Below, piece by piece: positions 9,642 through 19,475 of a DNA stretch of 59,668 bases. The DNA is from an uncultured Alphaproteobacteria bacterium (GTDB lineage: Bacteria; Pseudomonadota; Alphaproteobacteria; RF32; CAG-239): NCBI GenBank assembly GCA_944392285.1, contig CALXWF010000027.1:1-59668 (forward strand), written 5' to 3'. Below the pieces are notes generated by a model that was given only the letters and a program-made list of their open reading frames with translations, had not been told where the DNA came from and searched no databases. The first letter of the stretch is position 1. Each line of letters opens with the position of its first letter. The position numbers and the translations under genes were made by a program.

Positions 9642-9668
9642 CCGACGCAAAAATCAAGAGAAGTTCAA

Positions 9669-10115
9669 TTAAGCCAGCATTGCCGTAAACTCGGCCTCTG
9701 AAACCACTTTTCCGTCAACCATGCATTCTCCGCGGAAGACAAAAATTTTGCCGCGATCTTTAATTTTTTCAACATGCATCTTCAGCTGATCACCGGGTTT
9801 AACAGGTTTTCTAAATTTAACCCCGTCAATTGACATAAAGAAAACGCCGAATTTTTTATTTTTATAATCTTCAATGTTAGAAACCACGACGGCACCTGCT
9901 GTCTGAGCCATAGCCTCAATCTGCAAGACACCGGGCATAACCGGATTTCCCGGGAAATGTCCCTGGAAAAATTCTTCGTTCATGGTAACGTTTTTGGTTC
10001 CGATACCTTTAACACCCGGAACTTCAACTTCCAATCTATCAACCAGCAAAAACGGATAACGATGCGGCAGCATCTCCATTATTTCTTCAACTTGATAAAT
10101 TTTTGTCTCTGACAT
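9669..10115 (-). CDS. fabZ: 3-hydroxyacyl-ACP dehydratase
   Basis: LPHRYPFLLVD and GHFPGNPVMPGVL motifs. The start is set at ATG 10115, preceded by a GAGGA SD at 7 nt. The ORF-track start at 10139 lacks an SD. Confidence 0.9.
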   Translation of the reverse strand: MSETKIYQVEEIMEMLPHRYPFLLVDRLEVEVPGVKGIGTKNVTMNEEFFQGHFPGNPVMPGVLQIEAMAQTAGAVVVSNIEDYKNKKFGVFFMSIDGVKFRKPVKPGDQLKMHVEKIKDRGKIFVFRGECMVDGKVVSEAEFTAMLA

Positions 10116-10146
10116 TTTTACATCCTCTGTTATTAACAATTATTTT

Positions 10147-11172
10147 CTAAGACTTTTTACCACTGCTTGCTAACTTTTGTAAAGTAGCAATTTGCTTCAT
10201 GGCTTGTTTAATCGGCACGGCAGGTGTTCCCCACACCACTTCACCGACCGGAATATCACGCATAACGCCGCCCTGAGCCCCGATTTGGGCACCGGTTCCG
10301 ATATGAATATGGTCTGCCACACCGGCTTGTCCGGCACAAACCACAAAATCACCAAACTCACAACTACCGGCAATACCTGTCTGTGATACAAGAACACACC
10401 CGCGACCGATATGACAGTTATGGGCAACCTGAACCAGATTATCCACACGGCACCCGTCACCGATAACCGTATCATCTAAGGCACCGCGGTCAATACAAGC
10501 ATTGGCACAAACCTCAACGTCATTTCCTAAAATCACCCGACCGATTTGCGGCAATTTCTTATGACCGTTTGGCCCCATAATAAAGCCAAAACCGTCATTA
10601 CCGATTTGCGCCCCGCTGTATATAAAGCAATCATCGCCCATAATCGTGTGTGAAACCATCGCCCCGGAATCTATCCGACAACGATTGCCAATCTTACACC
10701 CATGAGCAATCACCACATGGTGCCCGATTAAACAATCATCTCCAAGCTCAACGCCGTCTTCAATCACGCTATATTCGCCGATATAACAATTTTTGCCGAT
10801 TTTTGCCGTCGGCGCCACAACAGCGGTTGCGGCAATTTTTCTTTGCGGTTCGGGTTCTGCGTACATTTTCAAATTAAGCAAACGATACGCCTCTTGCGGA
10901 TTTTTAGCCACCAATGCAGCCACGCCGTCCGGAACCAAAGGCAAAAATTCTTCCGTAGTCACGCAAGCCGTAGCTTTCATCTCTTTGGCCGCTTCTTTCA
11001 TTTTTTTATCATAAAAGAAGCAAATATCCCCCTCACCGGCCTTAGGCATCATCTTAATCTCATGCACGCTGATTTGTGCCTTTGAAGCATCAACCAGCTC
11101 TGCCGCACAAATTTCGGCCACCTCAGCCAGAGTAAAAGGCCCTCTGTTATTATAAAAGCGCGTATCAGCCAT
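10147..11172 (-). CDS. lpxD: UDP-3-O-acylglucosamine N-acyltransferase
   Basis: 341 aa with an N-terminal uridine-binding domain followed by hexapeptide repeats. Position between bamA and fabZ. Confidence 0.9.
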   Translation of the reverse strand: MADTRFYNNRGPFTLAEVAEICAAELVDASKAQISVHEIKMMPKAGEGDICFFYDKKMKEAAKEMKATACVTTEEFLPLVPDGVAALVAKNPQEAYRLLNLKMYAEPEPQRKIAATAVVAPTAKIGKNCYIGEYSVIEDGVELGDDCLIGHHVVIAHGCKIGNRCRIDSGAMVSHTIMGDDCFIYSGAQIGNDGFGFIMGPNGHKKLPQIGRVILGNDVEVCANACIDRGALDDTVIGDGCRVDNLVQVAHNCHIGRGCVLVSQTGIAGSCEFGDFVVCAGQAGVADHIHIGTGAQIGAQGGVMRDIPVGEVVWGTPAVPIKQAMKQIATLQKLASSGKKS

Positions 11173-11190
11173 TTGTCATCTCCTCACTTT

Positions 11191-13449
11191 TTACAATCTG
11201 GTTCCGAAATTCAGGCGGAAAACCTCTGTTTCATCATAATCTTCTTTAACAATCGGGAAGGCAAAGTCGATATCAATCTGCCCCATCGGTGACAACCACT
11301 GGAAGCCGAAACCGGCAGCCACGCGCGGCGTGTCTGAATAATCGACATAACGTTCATCAATATTATCCGGCTTGCCGAGCATACCCATATCAACAAAAGT
11401 ACGTCCCTTAATACCAAGTTCATCCAAGCCTATCGGGAAAATCATTTCCGCACCTGAATAAACCATCCAGTTACCGCCCAAAGCATCTTTGGTAAACTTA
11501 TCTCTGGCACCGATACCGGCCGTTTCAAAACCGCGCAAGGTTGAACCGCCGAGATAATAACGATTGGACAAGCGAACATCTTTGCCGTTATAACCGACAA
11601 TATAACCGGCATTAACAAAAAACTTGAAGGTATAGTAGTCGGCCAAAGTATAGTAAGTATAAGCCTTTCCGTCAAACTTCAAATATTTTTCATCCCCGCC
11701 GAGACCGGCTACATCATTACCGAAAGACAAATAATATCCTTCTTTGGGGTTTATCGCACTGTCGCGCTTATCATAAACGACCGTCTGACCGATAACCGAA
11801 GCATTGTAACTTCCCGCTTCTTCCTTAATATAATAAGAAGCATCTTGGTCAACATTGCTGATTTTATCCTGACGCAAAGTATAGCGCAAATACTGATACA
11901 AATCATCGGTATAATTCCACCCCAAGCGTAACCGACCGCCGGTAGTTTCTTCATCATAAGAACTTTCATCCTGATAATCCGTATCTGTACGGAACAAATC
12001 AATACCTGCAGACAAACGACGCCCCATAAAATATGGCTCGGTAAAACTTGCCTGATATTCAGACGTACGCTGAGAAACCGCAAGGTCCAAACCAAGCTGT
12101 TGTCCGCGCCCTTGGAAGTTATTTTCCGTCACACCGGCACGAACCAAAGCACCGTTAACCGTTGAATAACCGACACCGACATTAAAATATCCGGTAGATT
12201 TTTCTTCAACATTGACATTGATATCTGCCTTATTTTCATCTTGCGGCACGGTTTGAATGTCAACTTTGCTGAAATAATTCAAATTTTCGACATTTCTGCG
12301 AGAATCCTTAATCTTAGAGGCATTAAAGGCATCTCCCTCATCAATACGAAACTCTCTGCGAATAACCTCATCACGCGTACGCGTATTTCCGTTAATATTA
12401 ATCCGGTTAACAAAAATGCGCTCACCTTCTTTAATTTCAAACTTAACCTTAATTTCGCCTTTTTGCGTGTCTTTTTCCAAAACCGGAATAACATCAACAA
12501 AAGCAAAACCTTTCTTACCGAGCTCCTCCGTCAAATCCGTAATTGTTTTATCAGCGGCCTCGGCATTATACCATTTGCCTTTTTCAAGCAAAACTTCTTC
12601 ATACAAAGGTGCAACATCAACCTCATCAATCTCTGAAACGATTTCAATATCGCTGACCTTATAACGTTTTCCCTCATCCAAAACAAAAGTCAAAACAAAA
12701 GAAGTTTTATCCGGGCTCAACTCAGCCACCGCCGACACAACCCGAAAATCGGCATAACCGCGTTTCAAATAAAAACGCCGCAGCATTTCTTTATCATAAT
12801 TGGTCTTTTCCGGGTCATAATTTTCGGCAGAAGAAAAAATCCGATACCAACGGCTTTCTTTGCTCATAATTTCTTCTTGCAAATCATCGTCGGAATAATG
12901 CCTGTTTCCTACAAAATTAACCTTATTAATGGCTGCAATCGGCCCTTCGTTGATTTCATAAATCAAATCGACACGATTTTGATCACGTTTAATGATTTTT
13001 GGCTCCACGACTGCCGCATAGCGACCGCTGCGCTTATAAACTTCCAAAATACGTTGCACATCCTCTTGCACTTTTGCGCGTGAATAAATTGAACGCGGCG
13101 CCAACTGAACTTCTGATTCCAACAAACTATCATCGACTTTGCTGTTGCCGTCAAACAGACGCTTGTTAATAATGGGGTTTTCAGCCACACTGATGGTAAG
13201 CAAGCCGTCATTTTGAAAATCAAACACCACATCCGTAAACAACCCCGTGGCATATAACTGCTTCAAAGCTTCGTCCAATTTTTCTTGAGAAACGGTCTGA
13301 TTTTTTTCAATCTCAATATAAGACATCACCGTTTCCGGCTCAACTCTTTCCAAACCGTCGATTTGAATATCACGCACATAAACGGCGGCCCGAGCTTCGG
13401 CAAACGCGAGCAAAGCGGCGGCAAAAGTCAGCAGAGGCAATTTTTTCAT
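11191..13449 (-). CDS. bamA: outer membrane protein assembly factor BamA
   Basis: Signal peptide (MKKLPLLTFAAALLAFAEARA), POTRA-repeat region, and a C-terminal Omp85 barrel rich in alternating aromatic residues. Conserved position after rseP. Confidence 0.9.
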   Translation of the reverse strand: MKKLPLLTFAAALLAFAEARAAVYVRDIQIDGLERVEPETVMSYIEIEKNQTVSQEKLDEALKQLYATGLFTDVVFDFQNDGLLTISVAENPIINKRLFDGNSKVDDSLLESEVQLAPRSIYSRAKVQEDVQRILEVYKRSGRYAAVVEPKIIKRDQNRVDLIYEINEGPIAAINKVNFVGNRHYSDDDLQEEIMSKESRWYRIFSSAENYDPEKTNYDKEMLRRFYLKRGYADFRVVSAVAELSPDKTSFVLTFVLDEGKRYKVSDIEIVSEIDEVDVAPLYEEVLLEKGKWYNAEAADKTITDLTEELGKKGFAFVDVIPVLEKDTQKGEIKVKFEIKEGERIFVNRININGNTRTRDEVIRREFRIDEGDAFNASKIKDSRRNVENLNYFSKVDIQTVPQDENKADINVNVEEKSTGYFNVGVGYSTVNGALVRAGVTENNFQGRGQQLGLDLAVSQRTSEYQASFTEPYFMGRRLSAGIDLFRTDTDYQDESSYDEETTGGRLRLGWNYTDDLYQYLRYTLRQDKISNVDQDASYYIKEEAGSYNASVIGQTVVYDKRDSAINPKEGYYLSFGNDVAGLGGDEKYLKFDGKAYTYYTLADYYTFKFFVNAGYIVGYNGKDVRLSNRYYLGGSTLRGFETAGIGARDKFTKDALGGNWMVYSGAEMIFPIGLDELGIKGRTFVDMGMLGKPDNIDERYVDYSDTPRVAAGFGFQWLSPMGQIDIDFAFPIVKEDYDETEVFRLNFGTRL

Positions 13450-13483
13450 CTCAACAAAATCCTTCCTGTAAGACAGTCATTTT

Positions 13484-14614
13484 TTAAGAAAACCATCTGT
13501 GAAACAAGCGCAAAACATCGTTCCAAGTTGCAAAGAGCATCAAAAACACCAAAACCCCAAACCCGAATTTGAACATGGCATCTTTGATTTTTTCGTTCAG
13601 CTCCCTTCTCGTTACCATCTCAACCACATAAATAACGACATGGCCGCCATCCAGCAACGGAATGGGAAATAAATTAATTAATCCGAGATTAATCGATAAC
13701 AAGGCCATAAAGATAACAAAATCAATAAACCCGCTTTGTTTGGAAATATCACCCGACATTTCGGCAATACGAATAATTCCGCCCAAATCATCTGTGCCGC
13801 GCTTGCCGCTAATCATCTGCCCGACACCGCGCAACGTCAACTTTGTAATCTGCCAGGTTTCCGCTCCGGCATCAACAAAAGCCTGCGGCAATGAAATTTG
13901 CTCTTTATTAAGCTCAACCGTGCTGACCGAGCGCACTCCCATCATCTTACGCTTAATTTTAGCACCGTTTGCAGCCTCAAGCTCGGTCACACTCAAAGGC
14001 ACGTTGAGGGTAAAAACTTTCTCGCCGCGCTTAACCTTAAGATTAACCTTCTCAGCCGTAGCCATATCAATCTCACGGCTAACTTCATCAAAACTTTTTA
14101 CCTCATGCCCGTCAACCGACAAGATTCTGTCATTAACCTGCAATCCTGCTTTTTCGGCAGAACTTCCGGCAATAACCTCTCCGATAACCGGCGGAAAGGT
14201 CACCTTTCCTAAAAAGAAAAAGACAGCGGCAAAAACCAAAATTGCAAACAAATAATTAGCCCCCGGACCGGCCAAAACGATAGCCAACTTTTTCCACGTC
14301 GGCTGAAACGGAAATGCACGTTTTTTGTCTTCGTCGCTTAAATTCTCGACATCTCCGCTGGTAGAGCTGGTTTCATCTCCGTCACCCAAAAACCGACAAT
14401 ATCCGCCCAAAGGCACAGCGGCAATTTTCCAATGTGTTCCTTTTTTATCGGTCCTGCCCCATAACTCTTTGCCGAACCCGATAGAAAATTCTTCAACTTT
14501 CACACCGCAAAAACGGGCAACCAAAAAATGTCCGAGCTCATGCACAAAAACCAAGATTCCCAACAATACAATGAAGGGAACCACATAATAAATCACATTA
14601 ACCAGCCATTCCAT
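13484..14614 (-). CDS. rseP: RIP zinc metalloprotease RseP (M50)
   Basis: HELGH in the first TM segment, a central PDZ-like region, and a C-terminal NLFPIPLLDGG motif. Confidence 0.9.
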   Translation of the reverse strand: MEWLVNVIYYVVPFIVLLGILVFVHELGHFLVARFCGVKVEEFSIGFGKELWGRTDKKGTHWKIAAVPLGGYCRFLGDGDETSSTSGDVENLSDEDKKRAFPFQPTWKKLAIVLAGPGANYLFAILVFAAVFFFLGKVTFPPVIGEVIAGSSAEKAGLQVNDRILSVDGHEVKSFDEVSREIDMATAEKVNLKVKRGEKVFTLNVPLSVTELEAANGAKIKRKMMGVRSVSTVELNKEQISLPQAFVDAGAETWQITKLTLRGVGQMISGKRGTDDLGGIIRIAEMSGDISKQSGFIDFVIFMALLSINLGLINLFPIPLLDGGHVVIYVVEMVTRRELNEKIKDAMFKFGFGVLVFLMLFATWNDVLRLFHRWFS

Positions 14615-14628
14615 TATTTATCTGCTTT

Positions 14629-15426
14629 CTAAAAATTATACTGCCACAAGCTAACCAAAAAGATAACCAAGACCAATACCGGAGCCGCGACCAAAACACC
14701 GTCAATCCGGTCAAAGACCCCGCCATGTCCGGGGATAAGATTACTGGAATCTTTTAAGCCCAAATGTCTTTTAACAGCCGATTCGAGCAAATCGCCCATC
14801 TGCGCAACCAAAGCCACGGCCGCACCATACAACATGTAGAAGACGAAACCTTCTCTTACGCCAAAGACATAAGAAACGCCCCAGCTGACCAAAGCCGCAA
14901 GCAACATCCCCCCGATTAATCCGGACCATGTTTTGTTCGGGCTGATTTTAGGAGCTAACTTCGGCCCTTTAACATTGGTACCGACCACATAACCGCCGAT
15001 ATCAACGGACCAAACCATCAGCAAAAACCACAAAGTTCCCTGAAAACCGGTCATCATATAGAGCCAAACCACCGCCCCGATACCCAAAGCAATATAAGGC
15101 ACGCCCCAAACCAACAAATTTCTGTGCTGTTCATCTTTAACTTTGAGCGTAATCAAAAACATAGAACCCAAAACGAAAACCAACAACCAAAGAGAAGGCA
15201 ACAGAAACACCGCTGCAGCCATCGGCAAAACATAACAAATCGCAAAGAAAACCGGGCGATTATTCTTAACCATATTTGCCCATTCCCAAGCAAGCATCCC
15301 GCCGACAACCAAGGCAAAGAGATGAACCAACGGATAACCGTAATACAAAATACCGACCGTAAGCGGCACCAAAACCAATGCCGATATAATACGTTTGACA
15401 ATTCCGTTCATCTTAGGCTTTTCCAT
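14629..15426 (-). CDS. cdsA: phosphatidate cytidylyltransferase
   Basis: Polytopic protein with the C-terminal signature SAVKRHLGLKDSSNLIPGHGGVFDRIDG. The start is ambiguous. ATG 15426 has a GGGAGAG SD, and ATG 15411 would abut the uppS stop. The ORF-track start at 15456 overlaps uppS by 44 nt. Confidence 0.85.
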   Translation of the reverse strand: MEKPKMNGIVKRIISALVLVPLTVGILYYGYPLVHLFALVVGGMLAWEWANMVKNNRPVFFAICYVLPMAAAVFLLPSLWLLVFVLGSMFLITLKVKDEQHRNLLVWGVPYIALGIGAVVWLYMMTGFQGTLWFLLMVWSVDIGGYVVGTNVKGPKLAPKISPNKTWSGLIGGMLLAALVSWGVSYVFGVREGFVFYMLYGAAVALVAQMGDLLESAVKRHLGLKDSSNLIPGHGGVFDRIDGVLVAAPVLVLVIFLVSLWQYNF

Positions 15427-16126
15427 ATCTTCTCTCCCGATGGTTATAGTCTTCAATAATGGCGTTCAAAGTTTCTTTATTAAAATCAGGCCACAAAACC
15501 GGACTAAAATAAAACTCGGCATAAGCAACCTGCCACAAAAGATAATTACTGATACGCTGCTCGCCGCTGCTGCGAATAACCAGGTCCGGATCCGGCATAT
15601 CTTTGGTATAGAGCATATCAGAAAACATTTTTATATCAACATCTTCGGGCAAGATATCACCTCTTTTTGCCAAAGTCGCAATTTTTCTGGCTGCCTGCAC
15701 AATCTCTTGTCTGGAGCCATAACTGAGAGCAATGCACAGAGTCATTCTGTCATTATTTATGGTCTGTTTTTCAATTTTTTCCATTTCTTCAACAATATCG
15801 GAGGCCAACATATGCCTTTCACCGATAAAGCGAATTCTTACCCCTTTTTCCTGAATTTCTTTAAAATCAGTCTTCAAATAATCACGCAACAGACTCATCA
15901 AGCCGTTAACTTCTTCGGGGCTGCGCTGCCAATTTTCGGTTGAAAAAGCATAGAGCGTCAAATATTTAACCCCGGCCTCGGCGGCAGCTTCCGTCACGAT
16001 TTTTACGGCCTCAGCACCTTTTTTATGGCCAGCCAAACGCGGCAACCCTCTTTTGGTTGCCCAGCGCCCGTTACCGTCCATAATAATGGCAATATGTTGA
16101 AGAGTATTCTTTTTATTATCTGTCAT
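15413..16126 (-). CDS. uppS: undecaprenyl (di-trans,poly-cis) diphosphate synthase
   Basis: HIAIIMDGNGRWA and ...FSTENWQRS... motifs of cis-prenyltransferases. Confidence 0.9.
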   Translation of the reverse strand: MTDNKKNTLQHIAIIMDGNGRWATKRGLPRLAGHKKGAEAVKIVTEAAAEAGVKYLTLYAFSTENWQRSPEEVNGLMSLLRDYLKTDFKEIQEKGVRIRFIGERHMLASDIVEEMEKIEKQTINNDRMTLCIALSYGSRQEIVQAARKIATLAKRGDILPEDVDIKMFSDMLYTKDMPDPDLVIRSSGEQRISNYLLWQVAYAEFYFSPVLWPDFNKETLNAIIEDYNHRERRYGKA

Positions 16127-16169
16127 CTGAAAAGTTCATAATTATTTTTTATGTTAAACACGTCGCTTC

Positions 16170-16194
16170 GGCAGCGGGAAAAATTTCCCGCGCC
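16170..16194 (-). other. GC-rich stem-loop between frr and uppS (possible attenuator or RNA-processing hairpin)
   Basis: GGC(A)GCGGGAA-aaat-TTCCCGCGCC palindrome. No T-tract follows on the transcribed (minus) strand, so it is not a classical terminator. Confidence 0.35.
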
Positions 16195-16212
16195 GTTAAA
16201 ACACAATCTGAA

Positions 16213-16776
16213 TTATACTTGCAGAATATCTTTTTCTTTATTGGCCAAGGCTTCATCAATTTTTTTGATTGAATCATCGGTCATTTTCTGAATTTCATTT
16301 TCAAATCTTTTTTCCTCATCTTCGGAAATCAGATTATCTTTTTTGAGTTTCTTTACACCGTCAATACCGTCGCGACGCAAATTGCGAATAGCTACTTTAT
16401 TTTGCTCGGCATACTTACCGGCAACTTTAACCAACTCTTTACGACGCTCTTCACTCAAAGGCGGAATGGGAATACGAATAAGCTGTCCGTCAGAAGCCGG
16501 GTTCAATCCCAAATCCGATTCCATAATGGCTTTTTCTACCGCTTTGTCGGTTGATTTGTCCCAAACACTGATAGAAAGCGTTCTGGCATCAGGCACGGAA
16601 ATCGTACCAACCTGAGACAACGGCACCATTGACCCGTAGGATTCAACCATAATTCCGTCCAACAAACTGGCATGAGCCCGTCCCGCACGCAAACCGCTGA
16701 AATCAGATTTCAACGATTCCAAGGTTTTATCCATGCGGTTTTTAATATCTTGTTTAATTTGATTAAAATCAGCCAT
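16213..16776 (-). CDS. frr: ribosome recycling factor
   Basis: 187 aa with the typical RRF sequence (…[29 protein letters not shown]…RRDGID…). Confidence 0.92.
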   Translation of the reverse strand: MADFNQIKQDIKNRMDKTLESLKSDFSGLRAGRAHASLLDGIMVESYGSMVPLSQVGTISVPDARTLSISVWDKSTDKAVEKAIMESDLGLNPASDGQLIRIPIPPLSEERRKELVKVAGKYAEQNKVAIRNLRRDGIDGVKKLKKDNLISEDEEKRFENEIQKMTDDSIKKIDEALANKEKDILQV

Positions 16777-16780
16777 AAAT

Positions 16781-17500
16781 TTATACCTCTTTTTTAATTA
16801 TAGTAAACTCACCTTTTCCGCAGACTGCATTAGCCAAAGCCTTTTCGCCCCTTTGAGCAAAGACAATAATCGGAATATTATTTTCTCTGGCCAAGGCTAC
16901 TGCCGTCGTATCCATCACCTTCAGCTGGCGGGCAATGACCTCATCATAGCTGACAGCCGTATATTTTTTAGCTTTGGCATTTTGTCTTGGGTCGCTGTCA
17001 TAAACACCGTCAACCTGAGTGGCTTTAAGCAAAGCATCGCACTGCATTTCCGAAGCCCGCAACGCCGCCCCCGTATCTGTTGTAAAATAAGGGTTACCGG
17101 TACCGCCGGCAAAAATGACGATACGTCCCTTTTGCAAATGACGCAAGGCTCTGCGATACATATAAGGCTCGCAAACGCTCGGAATACTAAGCCCTGAAAG
17201 CACTCTGGCTTCAGCCCCGATTTTTTCCAACGCGTTTTGCAAATAAAGGGCATTCATAACCGTTGCCAACATTCCGACCTGATCGGCCACGGTCCGATTC
17301 ATTCCGGCCGATGCCTCTTTGGCGCCGCGAAAGATATTGCCGCCGCCGACCACAATACAAATTTCCACGCCGCCGTCATGAACGGTTTTAATCTCGGCGG
17401 CCAAATCAGCAATAACCTCAGGCGACATTCCGAAAGCTCTGTCCCCCATCAAACCCTCGCCGGAAAGTTTCAGAAGGATTCTTTTATAAAGCGGTTTCAT
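16781..17500 (-). CDS. pyrH: UMP kinase
   Basis: [11 protein letters not shown] and [10 protein letters not shown] motifs. ATG 17500 is preferred over the GTG at 17512. Confidence 0.92.
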   Translation of the reverse strand: MKPLYKRILLKLSGEGLMGDRAFGMSPEVIADLAAEIKTVHDGGVEICIVVGGGNIFRGAKEASAGMNRTVADQVGMLATVMNALYLQNALEKIGAEARVLSGLSIPSVCEPYMYRRALRHLQKGRIVIFAGGTGNPYFTTDTGAALRASEMQCDALLKATQVDGVYDSDPRQNAKAKKYTAVSYDEVIARQLKVMDTTAVALARENNIPIIVFAQRGEKALANAVCGKGEFTIIKKEV

Positions 17501-17689
17501 ATCTTTCCACACTCTGCTAAAAAATTTTTTTTCATATTACCAAGATTATTTGGTTTGTCATTAAGATTCTGCTACTTTTGGGCAAAAAATAACTTTGTCT
17601 TGTCACAACACAAAAAATTATGATTGAAAAATAAGGCACTCTCAGATAAGAATAAGCCATTACAATAACTTTTACAAAAGGACAAAACC

Positions 17690-18334
17690 ATGACTTTCAG
17701 CATAATTCTTTTGTTGTGCGCCTTAGGCGGCTATCTTTTGGGCTCCATTCCCTTTGGCTTAATTTTAACCCGCCTTGCCGGCTATGGCGACATTCGCAAA
17801 ATCGGCTCGGGCAATATCGGTGCCACCAATGTTTTGCGCACGGGCCGCAAAGACTTGGCTCTTCTGACTATTTTGTTAGACGCGAGCAAAGCCGGCTTTG
17901 CCGCATGGTTTGCCTACAAACTCGTCCCCGCAAATGAAATGTTCTTTTTGGGCAACATTACCTCCGCTAATGTTATTGCCGAGTTGGTTGCCGGTACTTG
18001 CGGCGTTCTTGGACACAATTTCCCGATTTGGTTAAAATTCAAAGGCGGCAAAGGCGTTGCCTCCACTTTCGGTTTCATCTTATTCACCAACTGGCAAGTT
18101 GCCTTGCTGGCTTTGGGAACATGGCTGATTTTTGCCGTTCTTACGCGTTACTCTTCGCTTTCGGCATTAATGGCGGCTCTTTTAACCCCCTTCTATGCTT
18201 TCTTCATGGTCTCTCCGGTATACAGCATCTTTTACTCAGGCTTGGCCGTTTTGGTAATTATTCGCCACCACGCCAACATCTCACGCTTGATTAAAGGCAC
18301 GGAAAGCAAAATATCATTCAGCAAGAGCAAATAA
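17690..18334 (+). CDS. plsY: glycerol-3-phosphate acyltransferase PlsY
   Basis: GSGNIGATNVLRTG and GHNFPIWLKFKGGKGVA motifs. AAGGA SD. Confidence 0.92.
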   Translation: MTFSIILLLCALGGYLLGSIPFGLILTRLAGYGDIRKIGSGNIGATNVLRTGRKDLALLTILLDASKAGFAAWFAYKLVPANEMFFLGNITSANVIAELVAGTCGVLGHNFPIWLKFKGGKGVASTFGFILFTNWQVALLALGTWLIFAVLTRYSSLSALMAALLTPFYAFFMVSPVYSIFYSGLAVLVIIRHHANISRLIKGTESKISFSKSK

Positions 18335-19471
18335 ATGCTAAGTGATGCGGAACTCATAGACTGGCTACAGTTAATCAACACCGAAAATATCGGACCGATA
18401 ACTTTTTTTAAACTGTTGCAAACCCATGGGTCAGCCGCAGCGGCTTTGGAGGCTTTGCCGCAAAAATACAAAAAATTTTCCAGATCTTTGGCTGAAAAAG
18501 AGCTCAAAAAGGCGCAAAGCAACGATATAAAGATTATTGACATTGATGATGCTTTATATCCGCAAACCTTAAAAAGCCTTGAAGATGCGCCGCCCCTGCT
18601 CTATGTGGCCGGCAACGCCGAGCTCTTAAACAGCTCGCTGTCTTTAGCGGTTGTCGGCGCGCGCAATGCCTCAATTAACGGCCGCAAGACAGCCTCCAGA
18701 CTGGCTTATGAATTAACCAACAATCAGGTATTAATCATTTCCGGCATGGCACGTGGTATCGATTCGGCCGCCCATAAAGGCGCACTTTATGCGCTTGACC
18801 AACAAGGGCCGACGATTGCCGTTCTGGGAACGGGCGTTGATGTTATTTACCCGCCTGAAAATGCGCAGCTTTACCAACAAATAAAAGCTCAAGGCGCCGT
18901 TATTTCGGAATTTCCGCTGTCGACCGGCCCGCAACCGACCAATTTTCCGCGACGCAACCGCATTGTTGCCGGCTTGGCTCTCGGTACTTTGGTGGTTGAG
19001 GCAACCGAAAAATCAGGCTCACTGATAACCGCCAAATTAGCGCTTGAAAACGGCCGCGACATTTTTGCCGTTCCGGGAGCACCTTATGACCAACGCGCAC
19101 AAGGCCCCAACCGACTTATTAAAGAAGGGGCTGCTTTGGTAGAAAATTCTGAAGATATCCTCAGGCAGCTTCTGCTTGGCAATGCCCGTAAAATCAAACC
19201 CCTTGCCCGCCCAAAGGAGCAAGATTTATTTTCAGCCCCTATTGACATTTCACAAAAAACTGTCGATATTCCACAACAGTCTTCTGCGACGACAAATCTG
19301 ACAGAGCTCCTAAATTATGAAGGAGTATATGTTGATGAGATTATACGCCGCAGCGGTCTTGACCCGTCTTCGGTTTCCCTGGCCTTGTTGGAACTGGAGA
19401 TGGACGGCAAAATCGAGCGTCAGCCCGGCAACAAAGTCGCGCTGATACGAACCAACCGCAAAAACAGGTAA
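18335..19471 (+). CDS. dprA: DNA-processing protein DprA/Smf
   Basis: Rossmann-like DprA core (…VISGMARGIDSAAHKGAL…). The ATG directly abuts the plsY stop. C-terminal winged-helix-like tail. Confidence 0.88.
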   Translation: MLSDAELIDWLQLINTENIGPITFFKLLQTHGSAAAALEALPQKYKKFSRSLAEKELKKAQSNDIKIIDIDDALYPQTLKSLEDAPPLLYVAGNAELLNSSLSLAVVGARNASINGRKTASRLAYELTNNQVLIISGMARGIDSAAHKGALYALDQQGPTIAVLGTGVDVIYPPENAQLYQQIKAQGAVISEFPLSTGPQPTNFPRRNRIVAGLALGTLVVEATEKSGSLITAKLALENGRDIFAVPGAPYDQRAQGPNRLIKEGAALVENSEDILRQLLLGNARKIKPLARPKEQDLFSAPIDISQKTVDIPQQSSATTNLTELLNYEGVYVDEIIRRSGLDPSSVSLALLELEMDGKIERQPGNKVALIRTNRKNR

Positions 19472-19475
19472 AAAG

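Noticed and set aside
13662-14255. 197-aa plus-strand ORF antisense to rseP
   Set aside because: It is fully embedded in rseP (HELGH, PDZ, LDGG motifs on the other strand). Its translation is S/P/I-rich with no motifs, the typical shadow ORF of an AT-moderate gene.
15395-15943. 182-aa plus-strand ORF antisense to uppS (with similar cases at 24551-25051 opposite the flavodiiron gene and 30412-30948 opposite moxR)
   Set aside because: In each case the opposite strand encodes an unmistakable conserved enzyme. The antisense translations are low-information and lack start signals.
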